A DNA stretch of 59,417 nucleotides, filler included, from Squatina squatina (taxonomy: Eukaryota), in NCBI GenBank assembly GCA_031763465.1. It is 3 parts of 3 records of this genome, joined end to end, with 100 filler letters (N's around TTAATTAATTAA, not from the genome) between each part and the next. Parts side by side here need not be neighbours in the genome. Positions count along the whole stretch, not along the records: positions 18,342 to 46,138 come from JARFOE010000013.1; positions 46,239 to 59,417 come from JARFOE010000234.1; 1 more part is not named here. One strand, given 5' to 3'. The position numbers were made by a program, and so were the translations under genes. The notes below the pieces were generated by a model. The model had not been told where the DNA came from. It searched no databases and worked only from the letters and a program-made list of their open reading frames with translations. The number at the start of each line of letters is the position of its first letter. Position 1 is the first letter of the stretch. This document shows, piece after piece, positions 35,798-49,025 of this stretch.

Positions 35798-38314
35798 NNN
35801 NNNNNNNNNNNNNNNNNNNNNNNNNNNNNNNNNNNNNNNNNNNNNNNNNNNNNNNNNNNNNNNNNNNNNNNNNNNNNNNNNNNNNNNNNNNNNNNNNGGG
35901 GGGGTGGTGAAATTGAGAGATGTCAGCTTACATAATTACTGTGTTACATTTTCTATGCAGTATAAACTGGAGTCCTAATACACTTAAGTATTTTATTCAT
36001 CCAGATAGATTTCTGCTCTTCTGGATCTCTCCGTCATATCCATCACTCCCTAGACAAGGCAGGTGGGTAATGTGCTTTGAACGCTGCATTGAACCTGCTC
36101 TACAATCAACCACCACAGGCTATGTGAAAGTAGCCCAGTCTTACCTCCAGTAATGCAATTGGCCTTTTCTTGGTGCCTCTCTCTAACAGAACAGCAGAGA
36201 CCTCAATTCATCACCATGTAGAAATTACAGGTACAGTTTCTTATCTTTAATGGGCAGAAATTTATAATTGGTAAACAAATCTTATATATTAGTGAAACTT
36301 AGAATTATTTTTTAAAAATTGTAAGAAACTAATAGAATTTACAAAATCTATTCAAGCATATTATTATATTTGACAGTTAATAGCCTTTAAATGATTATGT
36401 TACTCTTGCTAAATTATACAGTCTTCCTCACTATCGGGAATACTTTTGATAATGTAGCATGCTTTTTGAAACCCTGTTGCTCTGATCTCTACAACTATTT
36501 TGGTTGGGCACGTAAAGCTGGTAGGAAAGTTCTGAAGCTATTACCTTCTTGAGGGCCTATGAGCAGTTGTAAATGCATCATCATCAACAACCTACTGGAT
36601 GGGCATACCACTAAAATTCTATAGGAACTGTTGCAATACATGGCTGGAACAATTTACATATTTTGTCTATTATCTTGAAGAATTACTAAATGTGGGCTTT
36701 CAGTAAGATCCACTGGNNNNNNNNNNNNNNNNNNNNNNNNNNNNNNNNNNNNNNNNNNNNNNNNNNNNNNNNNNNNNNNNNNNNNNNNNNNNNNNNNNNN
36801 NNNNNNNNNNNNNNNNTAGCTCTGAATGAGAGTGAAAATACTTTGTTCTATGCTACTGCATTTAAAAATGAGATTACTCTCAAACTCCCACAATAAAAGC
36901 AAGACAATGAGAAAATGATTTCAGCGAGAGTGTTCAATACAAGCAGCATTGTTGCTAAAAAAGTCACAGAAGCATCTCTTTTTTAACCATCATCCATCAT
37001 GAAAGACAGAAAGGATGGGTCTGCATCTCTCAGAAGGGTATATTAGCAACCAGTTTTATTCTCAGGGAGCACTATCAGGTGAAACTCAATTTGCAGTTCT
37101 TCAAGGTGAAAGGAAGTCCTTGTCAAATCCCAGCAACCAACAGGAGAGGATGATTAATTGTATTGTTGGACATTCAAATGACAACATCTTGAACAAAATG
37201 ATCAGTCAATGACTGAACAATCTTTCTGAACTGCACTATAGGTAAACTAAAGTGTATGCAGATCATGCCACACATATGACATAAGTTAGCAGGCAGCTGT
37301 ACTGGAGACTCTGATGTTTCTAACTTTGTTGAAAACTGTTCTAAATGCTCTTAAACATTTGTGGTTGCAACATAAATAGTGTTAATGTAAAGATTTGTGA
37401 TTAAAATGGAAATATCTTCAACGACTTTAAAGTAGAGTATTGCAGACCAGCATCAACGATCAGTAAAAAAAATTCTGTCCAACATGGGAAGTAATGGATT
37501 TGTGGTTTGTCAACCAGTTTACTCAACCTCAGTTGCCTTATTTGATATTCTTTATTACATCACTGTAACATGGGTTCAATGAAACATGTCTTATGAGGAA
37601 AACATGGCAGAGAAAGTAAACAGATACTAAACCAATTGTCATAATCATCATTCTGCAATCACTAACTGACATAAGTACATTTATGGTGAAATCAGTTCAG
37701 AAATCCACAAATTCAACTGGACAATAAGATTTGTTGCATTTTTTGATAGTATTGTTTGTTGAATAATAGCAACTGTACAGCAGAACTATATTGGTATTAT
37801 GACTAAAAGAATAAAAAATATATATTCGTATTAATTCTTGTGGCCGGTTTAATTCAAACAAATTACTGGAGTGATTTGAAAGAGGTGTTTAAAATTATGA
37901 AGGGATGAGACAGATTGTTTCACTTGGTTCAGCGATCTAAACANNNNNNNNNNNNNNNNNNNNNNNNNNNNNNNNNNNNNNNNNNNNNNNNNNNNNNNNN
38001 NNNNNNNNNNNNNNNNNNNNNNNNNNNNNNNNNNNNNNNNNNNGCTGCGATAACATTCTGCATCTTCCTGACCTGCCATATTTAATGAGCACTGCAAGGT
38101 GAGGTCATTTACAATTTATTTGAAATATTATTAACCAGTCACAGTGACCTGCTTTTAATGAATGCTCGAGATTTGCTTCTGAAGTATTGTATCAAGCTTT
38201 TGCTCACCTGCAGTAATATCTCCTTATGTGGCTCGCTGTCAAATTTTGTCTGATAACGCTCTAGTGAAGCGCCTCGGGTGCGCTTTANNNNNNNNNNAAG
38301 GCGCTATACAAATG

Positions 38315-38465
38315 AGTTCTGACGAAGGGTCATTGACCTGATCCGTTAACTCTGTTTCTCTCTCTCTCTCCACAGATGCTGCCTGGCCTGCCCTGACCTG
38401 CTGAGTGTTTCCAGCATTTTCTGGTTTCATTACCGATTGCCGGCACCCGCAGTAGTTTGCTTTTT
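38315..38465. mobile_element. Penelope-like element terminal fragment
   Basis: TCTGACGAAGGGTCATTGACCTG...CACAGATGCTGCC...CTGCTGAGTGTTTCCAGCATTTTCTG. Related pieces lie at about 13477-13547, 23030-23190 and 53979-54050. Confidence 0.6.
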
Positions 38466-39881
38466 TGTACGCAAGAGCAAGCTGTTGTTACAGTAGATGG
38501 AGAACCTTTAACATGCTGTAACGCGGCTCGACGAGCATCACATGCTGGAGCTGTGGAGGAGATCCCACTTCATCAAAAATGAGGGTTAGGGGAACAGGAG
38601 CAGGGGAATGACAAATATTTAACTCTAATTCAATTCCCCCTGCTTCTCGCTCCCTTGCATTGGCATAGCATCTGAATAACAAAAAGGACTACTTCAAAAA
38701 CATTATGCAAATGTTCGATGAAAGATGCAGTTTATTTTGAAGAGAAGTGGGCAAATTACCATGTCAATTAAGGAGATTTTAAAAAGCACAGCTGCATGCG
38801 ATAACTGATGAATATTAAGGTTTGATTTCAGACTGCGGGGATGCCATTAATAAAAGGTTTGATTTGGAGTGAATAAATGTGAAAAATCTATCTTTGACAG
38901 AGCAGGCGGTGGAGTGGGAGAGCAAGCTTGTGACAGGCTGTTTGCCCATTAGCCTATTGTAGCTGGAAAAATATACGCAAACAACCAGTTAATTGCAGTG
39001 ACCCGGGTCACAATGGCATTGTGCGAAAATGGCTAAACAGTCTTTTTAATGTGAGCGCAGGTACAGTCAGAGGAGCCTTTTGACGATTACAACCAATTTG
39101 CTAACTCTATGGAGAACATTAAGCAGGCCTGCAAACACAAGAAGCGAGAAAGAGAGGTTAATGAGATGTTGCATAACAAGTGTAATCCTTTAGGCTCCTC
39201 TGACAAGACAGCTCCAATTGAAGTTGCACATCTATGTCCGTTAGTGAGATAATAAAAGTGAACTTCAAAGTTGGTAGCCCAGTAATGTAATACATTGGCA
39301 TACTAAACTGCTTTGTCAGAAATTGTGGTACACGGGCTTGAATCAGTTTAATGCAAGGTGAAGCATTTCCTAAGAATAAGGCAGAAAACAATGAGATTGA
39401 TGCTGAGGCAACTGACATTCTGAACCTCCTAATGGCTCATCATAATGTCACAATGGCAAATGTCTTCAAGCAGGCTCGCTGACAGACTTCTCATTGAAAA
39501 ATGGTATATGTAACATGGAAAGGAATATATTTATTACTGTTCATTTTATCTGCTCTTCTCATTATATTTTTTAACTTTAATTGTATCTCCTTTCAATTCT
39601 CAATTTCTGAGGGAAAATGTTCTAAGCTTGTGCAGTCTGTTTCCTATAGCTTAGTAACCAAAGCCTGAAAATCATCTCCTCCTCTTCATTTTACTGATGC
39701 ATTAATCTCCTTCATATGTCAAGAAACACTGGATATCATATTCTAATAGTAGGATTTTCACCTGAATAAATTAATTATAATTATGATACAATGACAAATG
39801 AATGTGGATGGTGTCATGCAGGTTTGTTTTGAATAGTTTCATTTTGCAGCTAAAGATGGTTTTTATGGGTTTGCAGTACAT

Positions 39882-40200
39882 TGTAGGTTGGTTTTAAACT
39901 GTTGCCTTGTGCTGTTCAGGCTGCTGTTCAACAATACTGTGGTGCTCTCCAGGCTGGTTTTGAACAAATCCGTTGTGATAATTAGGTTGATTTTGAACAA
40001 TTTGTTGTGCTGTCCAGACTGCTTTTGAACAGCAAAATGTTGCTGCTCCAGTTGATTTTGAACAGATCTGCAGTGCTGGCCAGGCTGGTTTTAAACAACA
40101 ACACTGTTGTGCTATTAAGGCTGATTTTGAACAGCTTTATAGTGATGACCAGGCTGATTCAGAACAACCTGTAGACTGTCTGGGCTGGTTTTAACACCTC
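39882..40200. repeat. Highly diverged tandem array of about 10 units of ~31-36 bp (consensus like TTGTGCTGTCCAGGCTGRTTTTGAACAAxxTG)
   Basis: Periodic recurrence of AGGCTG(G/A)TTTTGAACA and TGTGCT, read directly. Confidence 0.8.
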
Positions 40201-41209
40201 TGCTATTAAACAGTTCTGTGGTGCTACCATTTTTACTGTTTCATGATGATGAATGTGCAACTGAACCACTGAACATATGGATCCCTCCAACCAGGTCCGT
40301 AACAAAGCCCAACAGTGACAGTGCTAAATCTTTCTGTGTGAAATTTTGCATTGATTTCTTGGAGTTCTGTCATACAAGCAGTCAGGAAAGATCTCTCTCC
40401 ACTCATTGCCACCAGCGTAATGTAATTTCAGGGTGTTTTGATGAGCCATTCCTTCTTGCAATGATCTAGCTGCATTTCTTGTAAGCAGACTTTGCATGAC
40501 CTATGAACTGAAGGCTGCAGCCCTATAGTTTTTAGCACTTCAGAGACCTCTTATCCCTTTAAGACTTACAATCTTGGAATACTGGAACCGACACACTTTT
40601 TTTTCTCTTAACCCACTTCATTGGGTAGTATTACCAACACACCACCCTGAAGCTGGACTCAGATTCTGAATTAACTAACTAGATTTAGCTACAGAAATAG
40701 GAGCTGTAAAGAAAACACAAGCTTATGTACAATGATAACAGAAACAGTCATTCATTCTGCTCCACTCATGGTCAATATAATCTCTACCGACAGCCTATAG
40801 CACACTGCAGCACTCACTTTCAAATCTGTTTCACTCAGTCCCACCCTGGTTCCAATGCTTCTCACAGTTTCATTTTTTTCCTCATCCTCTCTTTGGCCAT
40901 AGGTTTAGAGAGCATTATTAGGCTTTGTGGATTTATTATTTTTAAAGAATTTTAAGGATGGCATTTTTGACCAGTTTTTGAATTTCAGTATATATCACAG
41001 GAAACAAATTGAGCTTTAACTTCTGAAGCTAATAAATAGTAAAGAAATAGAATCATAGAATCATAGAATGGGTTACAGCACAGAAGGAGGCCATTCGGCC
41101 CATCGAGCCNNNNNNNNNNNNNNNNNNNNNNNNNNNNNNNNNNNNNNNNNNNNNNNNNNNNNNNNNNNNNNNNNNNNNNNNNNNNNNNNNNNNNNNNNNN
41201 NNNNNNNNN

Positions 41210-41370
41210 TCCTTACAAACTACCACCCCAATTCCAACCTCTCTTTCCTCTTCAAAGTCCTTGAACGTGTTGTTGCCTCCAAATGCCTATCTTTCCCGGA
41301 ACTCCGTGCTTGAAGGCCCCACCACAGCACTGAAACAGCTCTAATCAAAGTCATAAATAACCTGCTCTGT
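41210..41370 (+). mobile_element. L2 LINE RT fragment
   Basis: Encodes LTNYHPNSNLSFLFKVLERVVAS (degenerate NYRPISNLPFLSKVLERVVA), followed by HSTETALIKVINNLL. Confidence 0.8.
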
Positions 41371-44300
41371 GAAGGATCAACTCAATAAGATTTGATTGAA
41401 GAATAATTCGGGTAATCATAAACTATTCCAAAATAATCATTTAGTTCATTTTAGTTTGCTTCTTGTTCTTATTTGTCCTGTAAGCACAACTATAAATCAT
41501 GCTTTTAAATGTTATATTTCTCTGTGAGCTGAGATTGCAAACAGAATCTTAAGACAAATTGGAATACAAATGTAATTAGTTTTGCCACCAAAGCAGCTTT
41601 GAAGTCTTCTGTTTTGAAAAAGGCTCACAGTTTGAAACCTGGATGTCCTATGGCTCATCAAAACTTATCAATCAATACAGTGAGTGATGTGGTGGAAAAC
41701 ATAACTCAGTGCCTGATGGGTTCAGGCAATGTGTCAGTAGACAATGAATGTACATTTCATTATCCTGAAATGAGAGAAAGTCTGGCTGTTTGTTTAGAGA
41801 CATTTCAAACAGGAATTTAATTGAAATACTTCAAGCTGTCAATTTTTATATACAAGCCCCTGGATGAGGATGGGGTATGGTTTTCGCTCTCCACAACTAC
41901 AGGATTCAGTAGGTTATGATTCTCTTAAAGGAAACAAGATGGTGTCCTAGAGAAAGCTGCCACTGCTTCTTGACTGTTCCGTTATGGAAAGAGTAAGTGT
42001 GCTGACTGCTTTCAGCCACCTCCTTTAAAGACAAATGCATTGGGAAAGCATCAATCCCATAAATTGTGAGCCTTCTCTCTCTCGTTNNNNNNNNNNNNNN
42101 NNNNNNNNNNNNNNNNNNNNNNNNNNNNNNNNNNNNNNNNNNNNNNNNNNNNNNNNNNNNNNNNNNNNNNNNNNNNNNNNNNNNNNTTATTGCAATAAAA
42201 ATTTCATTTAGCAGCCAAATGAATCACAGCAATACATCAGAATGATGGGAAATTTCATTCAGACTCAGTATTATTTATCAATGCATAAATCTTAATTCAG
42301 AGAAATAAATCCTCAGAGACCAAAAATCATTTGATATTTGAACTACAGGATTTATTTTGCTCTTTGGAATGTCACTATTTCTTTCTTTCTATTTTTCTTG
42401 CTTGCCTGCTTTTGTAGCCGGGTTCTTATCACATACAGCATTTCTTGACAGATAAGGTCAGTGAAAAGAGAGCATTTAGCTCTGGTGTTGTCATCATCAG
42501 GTGTCTCCATTGCCCGTTTCTATAAGGGATTTGACAAGAGTTGATGGGCTGGAGAGCATGTTGTATTGCGTTTTCACTGACACCATATTCTGCCAGTCTG
42601 ACACTGATAATGAAACGCGAATGAAAGATGGACTGTTACATTGCTCCTTGGTGTAAGTCTAAAATTCAGATGATATTGCCATATCCAATTAATTTGCATA
42701 GCCACACTTTATACACACAGGCTGTAAAATTAAGTACTTTAGCAGCAACAATAAATATATGCATTATTCGTGACTAGCCCTGACAGCATCAAGATTTCTA
42801 GGCCTCTAAAATTGTAATTACAGTAGTGATACTGTACAATACAGCACCAANNNNNNNNNNNNNNNNNNNNNNNNNNNNNNNNNNNNNNNNNNNNNNNNNN
42901 NNNNNNNNNNNNNNNNNNNNNNNNNNNNNNNNNNNNNNNNNNNNNNNNNNTCATCTTGCGAGGTGTTAGCTGGATGTTCAATCAATGCAGATTAACAGGC
43001 CCTTTAATTTTTTTGAAAATACATGAAATTAAGTACCTAAACATATTAACATTTTAAAAATATTTGAATGCAAGCTATGTTCCCAATTCATAGATAGATA
43101 AACACCTATCTAGAATTTCAACAGCTTCTATGTTGTGATTAAACAGCTTACTCAACCCTAGGCATTAGCATTTAATTAGCACAGGAGTAGCTTATACTCT
43201 GAACAAACACAAACAGTACTTAAGTATTCCAAACCAGTACAAAATGCCTCTCATTTTTTATGTTATTTTCGGCAAGGTTATTTTTTTGGCTCCTGTCCTG
43301 TGGGCTGAATCAAAATTTATTTGTGTTAACAGTAAATAAACAATGACTGCAGTGACTCCAGGGTGTTCTTGGTTAACCTGGGACTGGCTTATGGCTCAAA
43401 GTAATTTTTCTTCTTCTTTAAGTGGTGTTATATATGCAGGGAAGCCATTTGGAAATACATTAACATTTCAATTCTCAGTCCTTGCAGTTGGTATTGAGTG
43501 TTTACTCTGGAGCTCCTGAAATGATCTGTAAACTGAACAGTGGTGAACAAAACAGTCAATGAGATTGTAATTGGAATCTAATCAGTTTAAAAAAGATTTG
43601 ATTCTATAAATACGTCAAATATTTAACTCTAAAACAAATTATTTATTGATTCTTGTGTATTNNNNNNNNNNNNNNNNNNNNNNNNNNNNNNNNNNNNNNN
43701 NNNNNNNNNNNNNNNNNNNNNNNNNNNNNNNNNNNNNNNNNNNNNNNNNNNNNNNNNNNNNTGCCGCACACTTCCCTTTCTTAAAGCAGGTAGATGGTTT
43801 TATAGTGTGTGTGACAGCAAAGAAATAGTAAATTATGGGATAAGTTACAAAACATATTCAAGAATGATACTTGTATGTACTACCTTTTCTCAGGTAGTGC
43901 ACTGTGCAACAAATTTGTGCAAATACTACTTGTACATTAACCCATTGAGCAATACAGGACCAGAGGAAATTCATCATGTTGGTGTAGAATAGTTTTCATT
44001 CCAACTTATACATCTGCTGAAAGTCTCAAATCAATGGTAAATTGCATGCAGGTGGTGTCAAAGCTTAATTGCTCTCGGGATTAGTGATTGACCCAGCCTA
44101 GGCTATCCAATAATACCAAGCTTCTGCCCTTTGTGAATAGAGGCCAGGTACAACAGTTGCATGAAAATGATAATGAAATCAAACCTACCTCAGCATGATG
44201 ATAGCTCTCCACTCAAGCTGTTAAACATTGCAGATCCATATACAATCAGCTACAGCACTGTCTCTGACCCAGTCTATCAGCCGATTAGAGAGTTCCTTTG

Positions 44301-46138
44301 ATCTTTGTTCACCAAATGCTTGGCTAATTTTCACTTTAAAATGCATCTTTGATGCTTGGGATAAAATTAGATAATAAAAGAAATGTAACAAATATTTTAA
44401 TNNNNNNNNNNNNNNNNNNNNNNNNNNNNNNNNNNNNNNNNNNNNNNNNNNNNNNNNNNNNNNNNNNNNNNNNNNNNNNNNNNNNNNNNNNNNNNNNNNN
44501 NCGATGCTGATTCAAAGGTAGGTCTGAGCATGACAAATTCCTAATAGTTTTGATCATACCTTCTTGTGACAAAACAGTTAAATTGGAGACTTTGAAAGTT
44601 TTCTTTGATTTACAATGGAAGCTGACCGGAATTATTCATTAATATTAATGCATGCATGGTTCATTTTTTTTTGGCAGAAAGCTTTTTTTATTGTCGTACA
44701 GGTGCCATCTGCTGACTCTAGACCACCACAAACTTACAGAGTTTAGCGTGCAGTTTATTTGACCTATTAAAAAAAATCCGATCAAAAAGAACAAAAATAC
44801 AATGCAGTTTATTTGCTTCGAGTCCGCGCACCCACGCTCCACGAGCCGGAGAGATGGTCACCACTGGTGACTGCACTGCACATGACATACGCTCACAGCT
44901 AATTACTTCCATGTAAAGAAAAAGCCAACAGTAAATATTTGGGGTATTTCGACTAAAACCGAGTTAATAAGTAAATATTCGGCGTGCAAATGAGATTTGT
45001 TCAAGACAAAAAAATAACGTGTGTGTGTGAGATTTGCAACGCTCTGACCAACTAAAATTCCCAATATTTTAAAGCTCCAGGTGGACGGCCTATTTAAAAA
45101 AAAATACTAATTGTGGAAGGTAAAATGAGTTGCAGCATCTCATCTGCCCCTTTCCCTTGGATGACAGGCTTGTGTTCCCCCCAGTGTCTCCGAATAGCCT
45201 GGCGGACTGCACCATGTCATTTGTAGGGATGCGCAGCTCGGTGTCCACGGGAGACGCCGAGTGCAGGCGTCGCTGCGAGACAACACAGAGCGGCTGTAAA
45301 TCGCCGGAGCCAGCGTACAGGGGTCCAAACAGACTTGGTTTGAAAGAAATAAATAAAGGGCGAACCTTGATTGTGGGGGGGATTGGCGGTTCTGTCATCC
45401 TGTGGGCATTGCTGGCAGCGGGCTCTCTCTCTCTCTGGCATCACGTGCCTTTGCCTGAGGGTGACGGCGCTTCATTACTTCTTCCACCGCCATATTACAA
45501 ACTTCAGNNNNNNNNNNNNNNNNNNNNNNNNNNNNNNNNNNNNNNNNNNNNNNNNNNNNNNNNNNNNNNNNNNNNNNNNNNNNNNNNNNNNNNNNNNNNN
45601 NNNNNNNATGGCTTGTTTGTGGAAAATGACCCATTTAGGGTTTTAGTTCTCCTAAAACTAGCCGCCTTCAAATTTTTTGGCATTCATATACTCCAGCGAA
45701 TCAACACTTGCAGCACACCACGCTGTAGTCATTTATTTATATGCCTCGGAGACTTAAACTGGATGATAAGGTACTTCACTAGAAACTGTGCTTCAGTGCT
45801 ACAAAAAAGGATAAACAATGAGAGTCACGTCAATTATTTTGGACAGAATGATATGTTGAAAGATGTTATGTGCTAATCTGAAACAATGCCTTTCACTACT
45901 GGGTATAATTACAGTAGTGGTTACTCTTGTCAGTTCTGAAAAATTAATGAACAATTTTCTGTGCAGTGTTCTCTTTATTTTATGAAACTATTTTGGAGCC
46001 TGCTCATTTGGATTTCAGTGATTATGAGTGGAATTTCATTTTAATATGACACTAATGAATTCAAAAGCTGAAAGTTTACTTTAAACAGTAAATCTAGCCT
46101 ACATACTTTAACAACTATATTTACCTTGCATTTCCATC

Positions 46139-46238
46139 NNNNNNNNNNNNNNNNNNNNNNNNNNNNNNNNNNNNNNNNNNNNTTAATTAATTAANNNNNN
46201 NNNNNNNNNNNNNNNNNNNNNNNNNNNNNNNNNNNNNN
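46139..46238. other. Artificial scaffold linker N44-TTAATTAATTAA-N44
   Basis: Identical to 18242-18341, with the 12-mer at 46183-46194. Confidence 0.95.
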
Positions 46239-47262
46239 TTTAAACCTGCAATTGTTTTGTTCTCCCAATTTTAATTCAGAAATAATAATCAACACATAAA
46301 TATTTTTGGCCATGCAATTAAATTAATTATAAAATGTTTGATTACATCATTAGCTACACATAAAACTGTAGCTAAGGTACTCTATTAATGAACAATGTCT
46401 AAATATAATACTCTGCATGCTTCTGTAGAGTACCCCAGACAAACAATTCAGTTATTTAGTCACGATATCAACTTGACAGACCCTGCAATTGGCTGCCAAG
46501 ACGACTAAAGCTAAAACTTTGCATTAGCAGAGTCATGGGTTGGAAAGGGCAACTTGTCATGCCACTTTATTTGTGATAAATTCATGATAATGCATGCTGG
46601 AATAACAACAGTGAGACCTGTCTCTGTAGGTTCCATTTACTATCTCTCTCTCTCTCACACACACATACACATACATATCTCTATAGTGTGTTGCACTCTC
46701 TACAATTTGTTACTTTCACTTCACTGGATGTCCAACTCTGATTGTGTATTTGTTTCCCACTTTTCCATTTTTAATTTGCTTATCGACACTCTCCTGAAGT
46801 GTTCACATTCCTGTTCATGTTCATGTATTTTAACTATTCATGTTTTTTAATCATGTCACTGACTTTTCAATTCTATGAAGTAGGAGAAGACCATTTCAGG
46901 GGAACAAAAAAACTGGTGTAATTAAATAGACCTGAGAACAGAAATTCCCAAATTCACACCATTGTGGCAGCACTGTCCCTACCAAGGAGAAGGCCCACCT
47001 TCTCAGCTTTGTTCACGTTCTGAGAGAAATTTTTAAAAATGCTGTGAATTGAATGGATGATACTTGGGGAGACATTGCACCATCTACCCTTCACTCTTCC
47101 ACCTATGCCTCCATTTTGATGTGTCATCCAATTATCTTCTGTGGTTCAAAAGCAAAATACTGNNNNNNNNNNNNNNNNNNNNNNNNNNNNNNNNNNNNNN
47201 NNNNNNNNNNNNNNNNNNNNNNNNNNNNNNNNNNNNNNNNNNNNNNNNNNNNNNNNNNNNNN

Positions 47263-47468
47263 ACTTGGGACCTACAGCAATGTGGTTGACTCTTAACTGC
47301 TCTCTGAAATGGCCTAGCAAGCCACTCAATTATACCAAACAGCTACAGAGAAGTATCACCACACAGACTGCAGTGGTTCACCACCACCTTTTCAATGGCA
47401 AATAGGGATGGGCAATAAATGCTGGCCTTACCAGTGATGCCCACAGCCTGTGAATGAATGAAAAAAAT
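47263..47468 (+). mobile_element. HE1-like SINE 3' half (elasmobranch)
   Basis: CAGCAATGTGGTTGACTCTTAACTGCTCTCTGAAATGGCCTAGCAAGCCACTC...AGGGATGGGCAATAAATGCTGGCC...GAATGAATGAAAAAAA. The tail is shared with the LINE at 35430. Confidence 0.7.
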
Positions 47469-48829
47469 TCACACAGTTCACTTAAATTTGACAATTTTTA
47501 TTAAAGTGACTGCTTTCCACCGTATGTTTGTATTACAGTACTGAGGTGAATAAGACTGTAATGGAATTAAATATGAAGAACCACCAGCTGTTTGAAGATG
47601 AAGACAACCACAACTACTGTCATCTAGGTCACTTCATGTTACAGCCTCACCTACTGGTAGTTTTCAATCAATGCTCCGGCTATCCAAGGGAGACACCCTC
47701 AGGGCTAAGGCAAGCAGCCCGCCCACTGTAGCAGCCTTTGTCACTCCCAAATGGGTGGAAATGATTAAAAATGATTNNNNNNNNNNAAGACCTCGACTAG
47801 TGGGGAAGTACCTGAGAAACTGGCACGCCAGTATAAGCAGTGTTGTACTTACCGTTGTGTGGAATTGGCCAGCACCATATGGTGCTGCTATGAACTGATT
47901 AGCTACTGGATTAAAAGATCCTTGCATTCGATGCTGAGTTTCCAACTGTGAGAGTGATTGACAGACTAACTCATGCACTAGACTTTAGCCATACTTCTCC
48001 ATTTAATAGAGAGAAGAAAGATAGACAATCTACCCCTTACAAATACTAATCCCACCACGGGCTCCATTTGCCAATAAATAAAAGTAATTTACTTAAGGCT
48101 AGGAGTTTGCAAACCTACACATAACACATCAAACGCACCATAATTATCAACTTCTTTGAAGCTTTTTTACTTATTAGTGGCCTCATTTTACATGCATTGT
48201 AAACCAATCTTTCTTAGAAGAAAGGAAGAAATGAAGAAAGATAGAAGTGATAACTATTTTAGTCACAACCCATGTTAAAATGTTCTATATAATTACTTAT
48301 TCTATTTCTTTCATAGTGCAATTTTGAGAAAATATTTATAAATTTAAAATGCTTTCTCTGTTGTTCTCTCTTTATACATTTTTATGGATGGAGGATGNNN
48401 NNNNNNNNNNNNNNNNNNNNNNNNNNNNNNNNNNNNNNNNNNNNNNNNNNNNNNNNNNNNNNNNNNNNNNNNNNNNNNNNNNNNNNNNNNNNNNNNNGGT
48501 TGTGAATTGTTGCTGGAGATTTTTTAAATGTAAAACTTGATTTTTTTCTTACTTTTCTTTGCTCTCTCTCAACCCACTCTTTCCTTCCCTCTCTATTTCT
48601 TTTGTATGTGATTTAGCATTGAATTCAACCACTCTAATTCACCCTTCTTTTCAGTCCTTCCTCTGTTTATTTCTCAGTCCTTCAATCTTAATGGTTAAGA
48701 TAACCTATTTGTCCTGTTGTTCACCGAGGTGCCAGATGCCCTGTTGGCCTCCCTGTTATCTGGCTTCAGGGGGAGCTGTGGAAAACGTTAGTGCAGATCA
48801 AACCTGGCAGATCAGGAGCGGATAATTGC

Positions 48830-49025
48830 TCCATTCAGTCTGCAGCGTGATCCTGAGCTTCCACTCGCTCGTCATTTTAATTCACCACCCCACTCCGCCC
48901 TCGGCTTCTTACACTGTTCCAATAAGCTCAACGGAAGCTCGAGGAGCAGCACCTTATCTTTCAATTAGGTGCTTTACAGCCTCCGGACTCAAAAATTGAA
49001 TTCACCAACTTCAGATCATAATTAC
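48830..49025 (+). mobile_element. Penelope-like retroelement GIY-YIG C-terminal remnant
   Basis: Degenerate HFNSPPHS...QRKLEEQHLIFQLGALQP...IEFTNFRS* motif. Confidence 0.75.

Noticed and set aside
39882-40200. CRISPR-like repeat-spacer array
   Set aside because: The context is vertebrate, there are no cas genes, the repeats are degenerate and contiguous, and there are no unique spacer-length segments.
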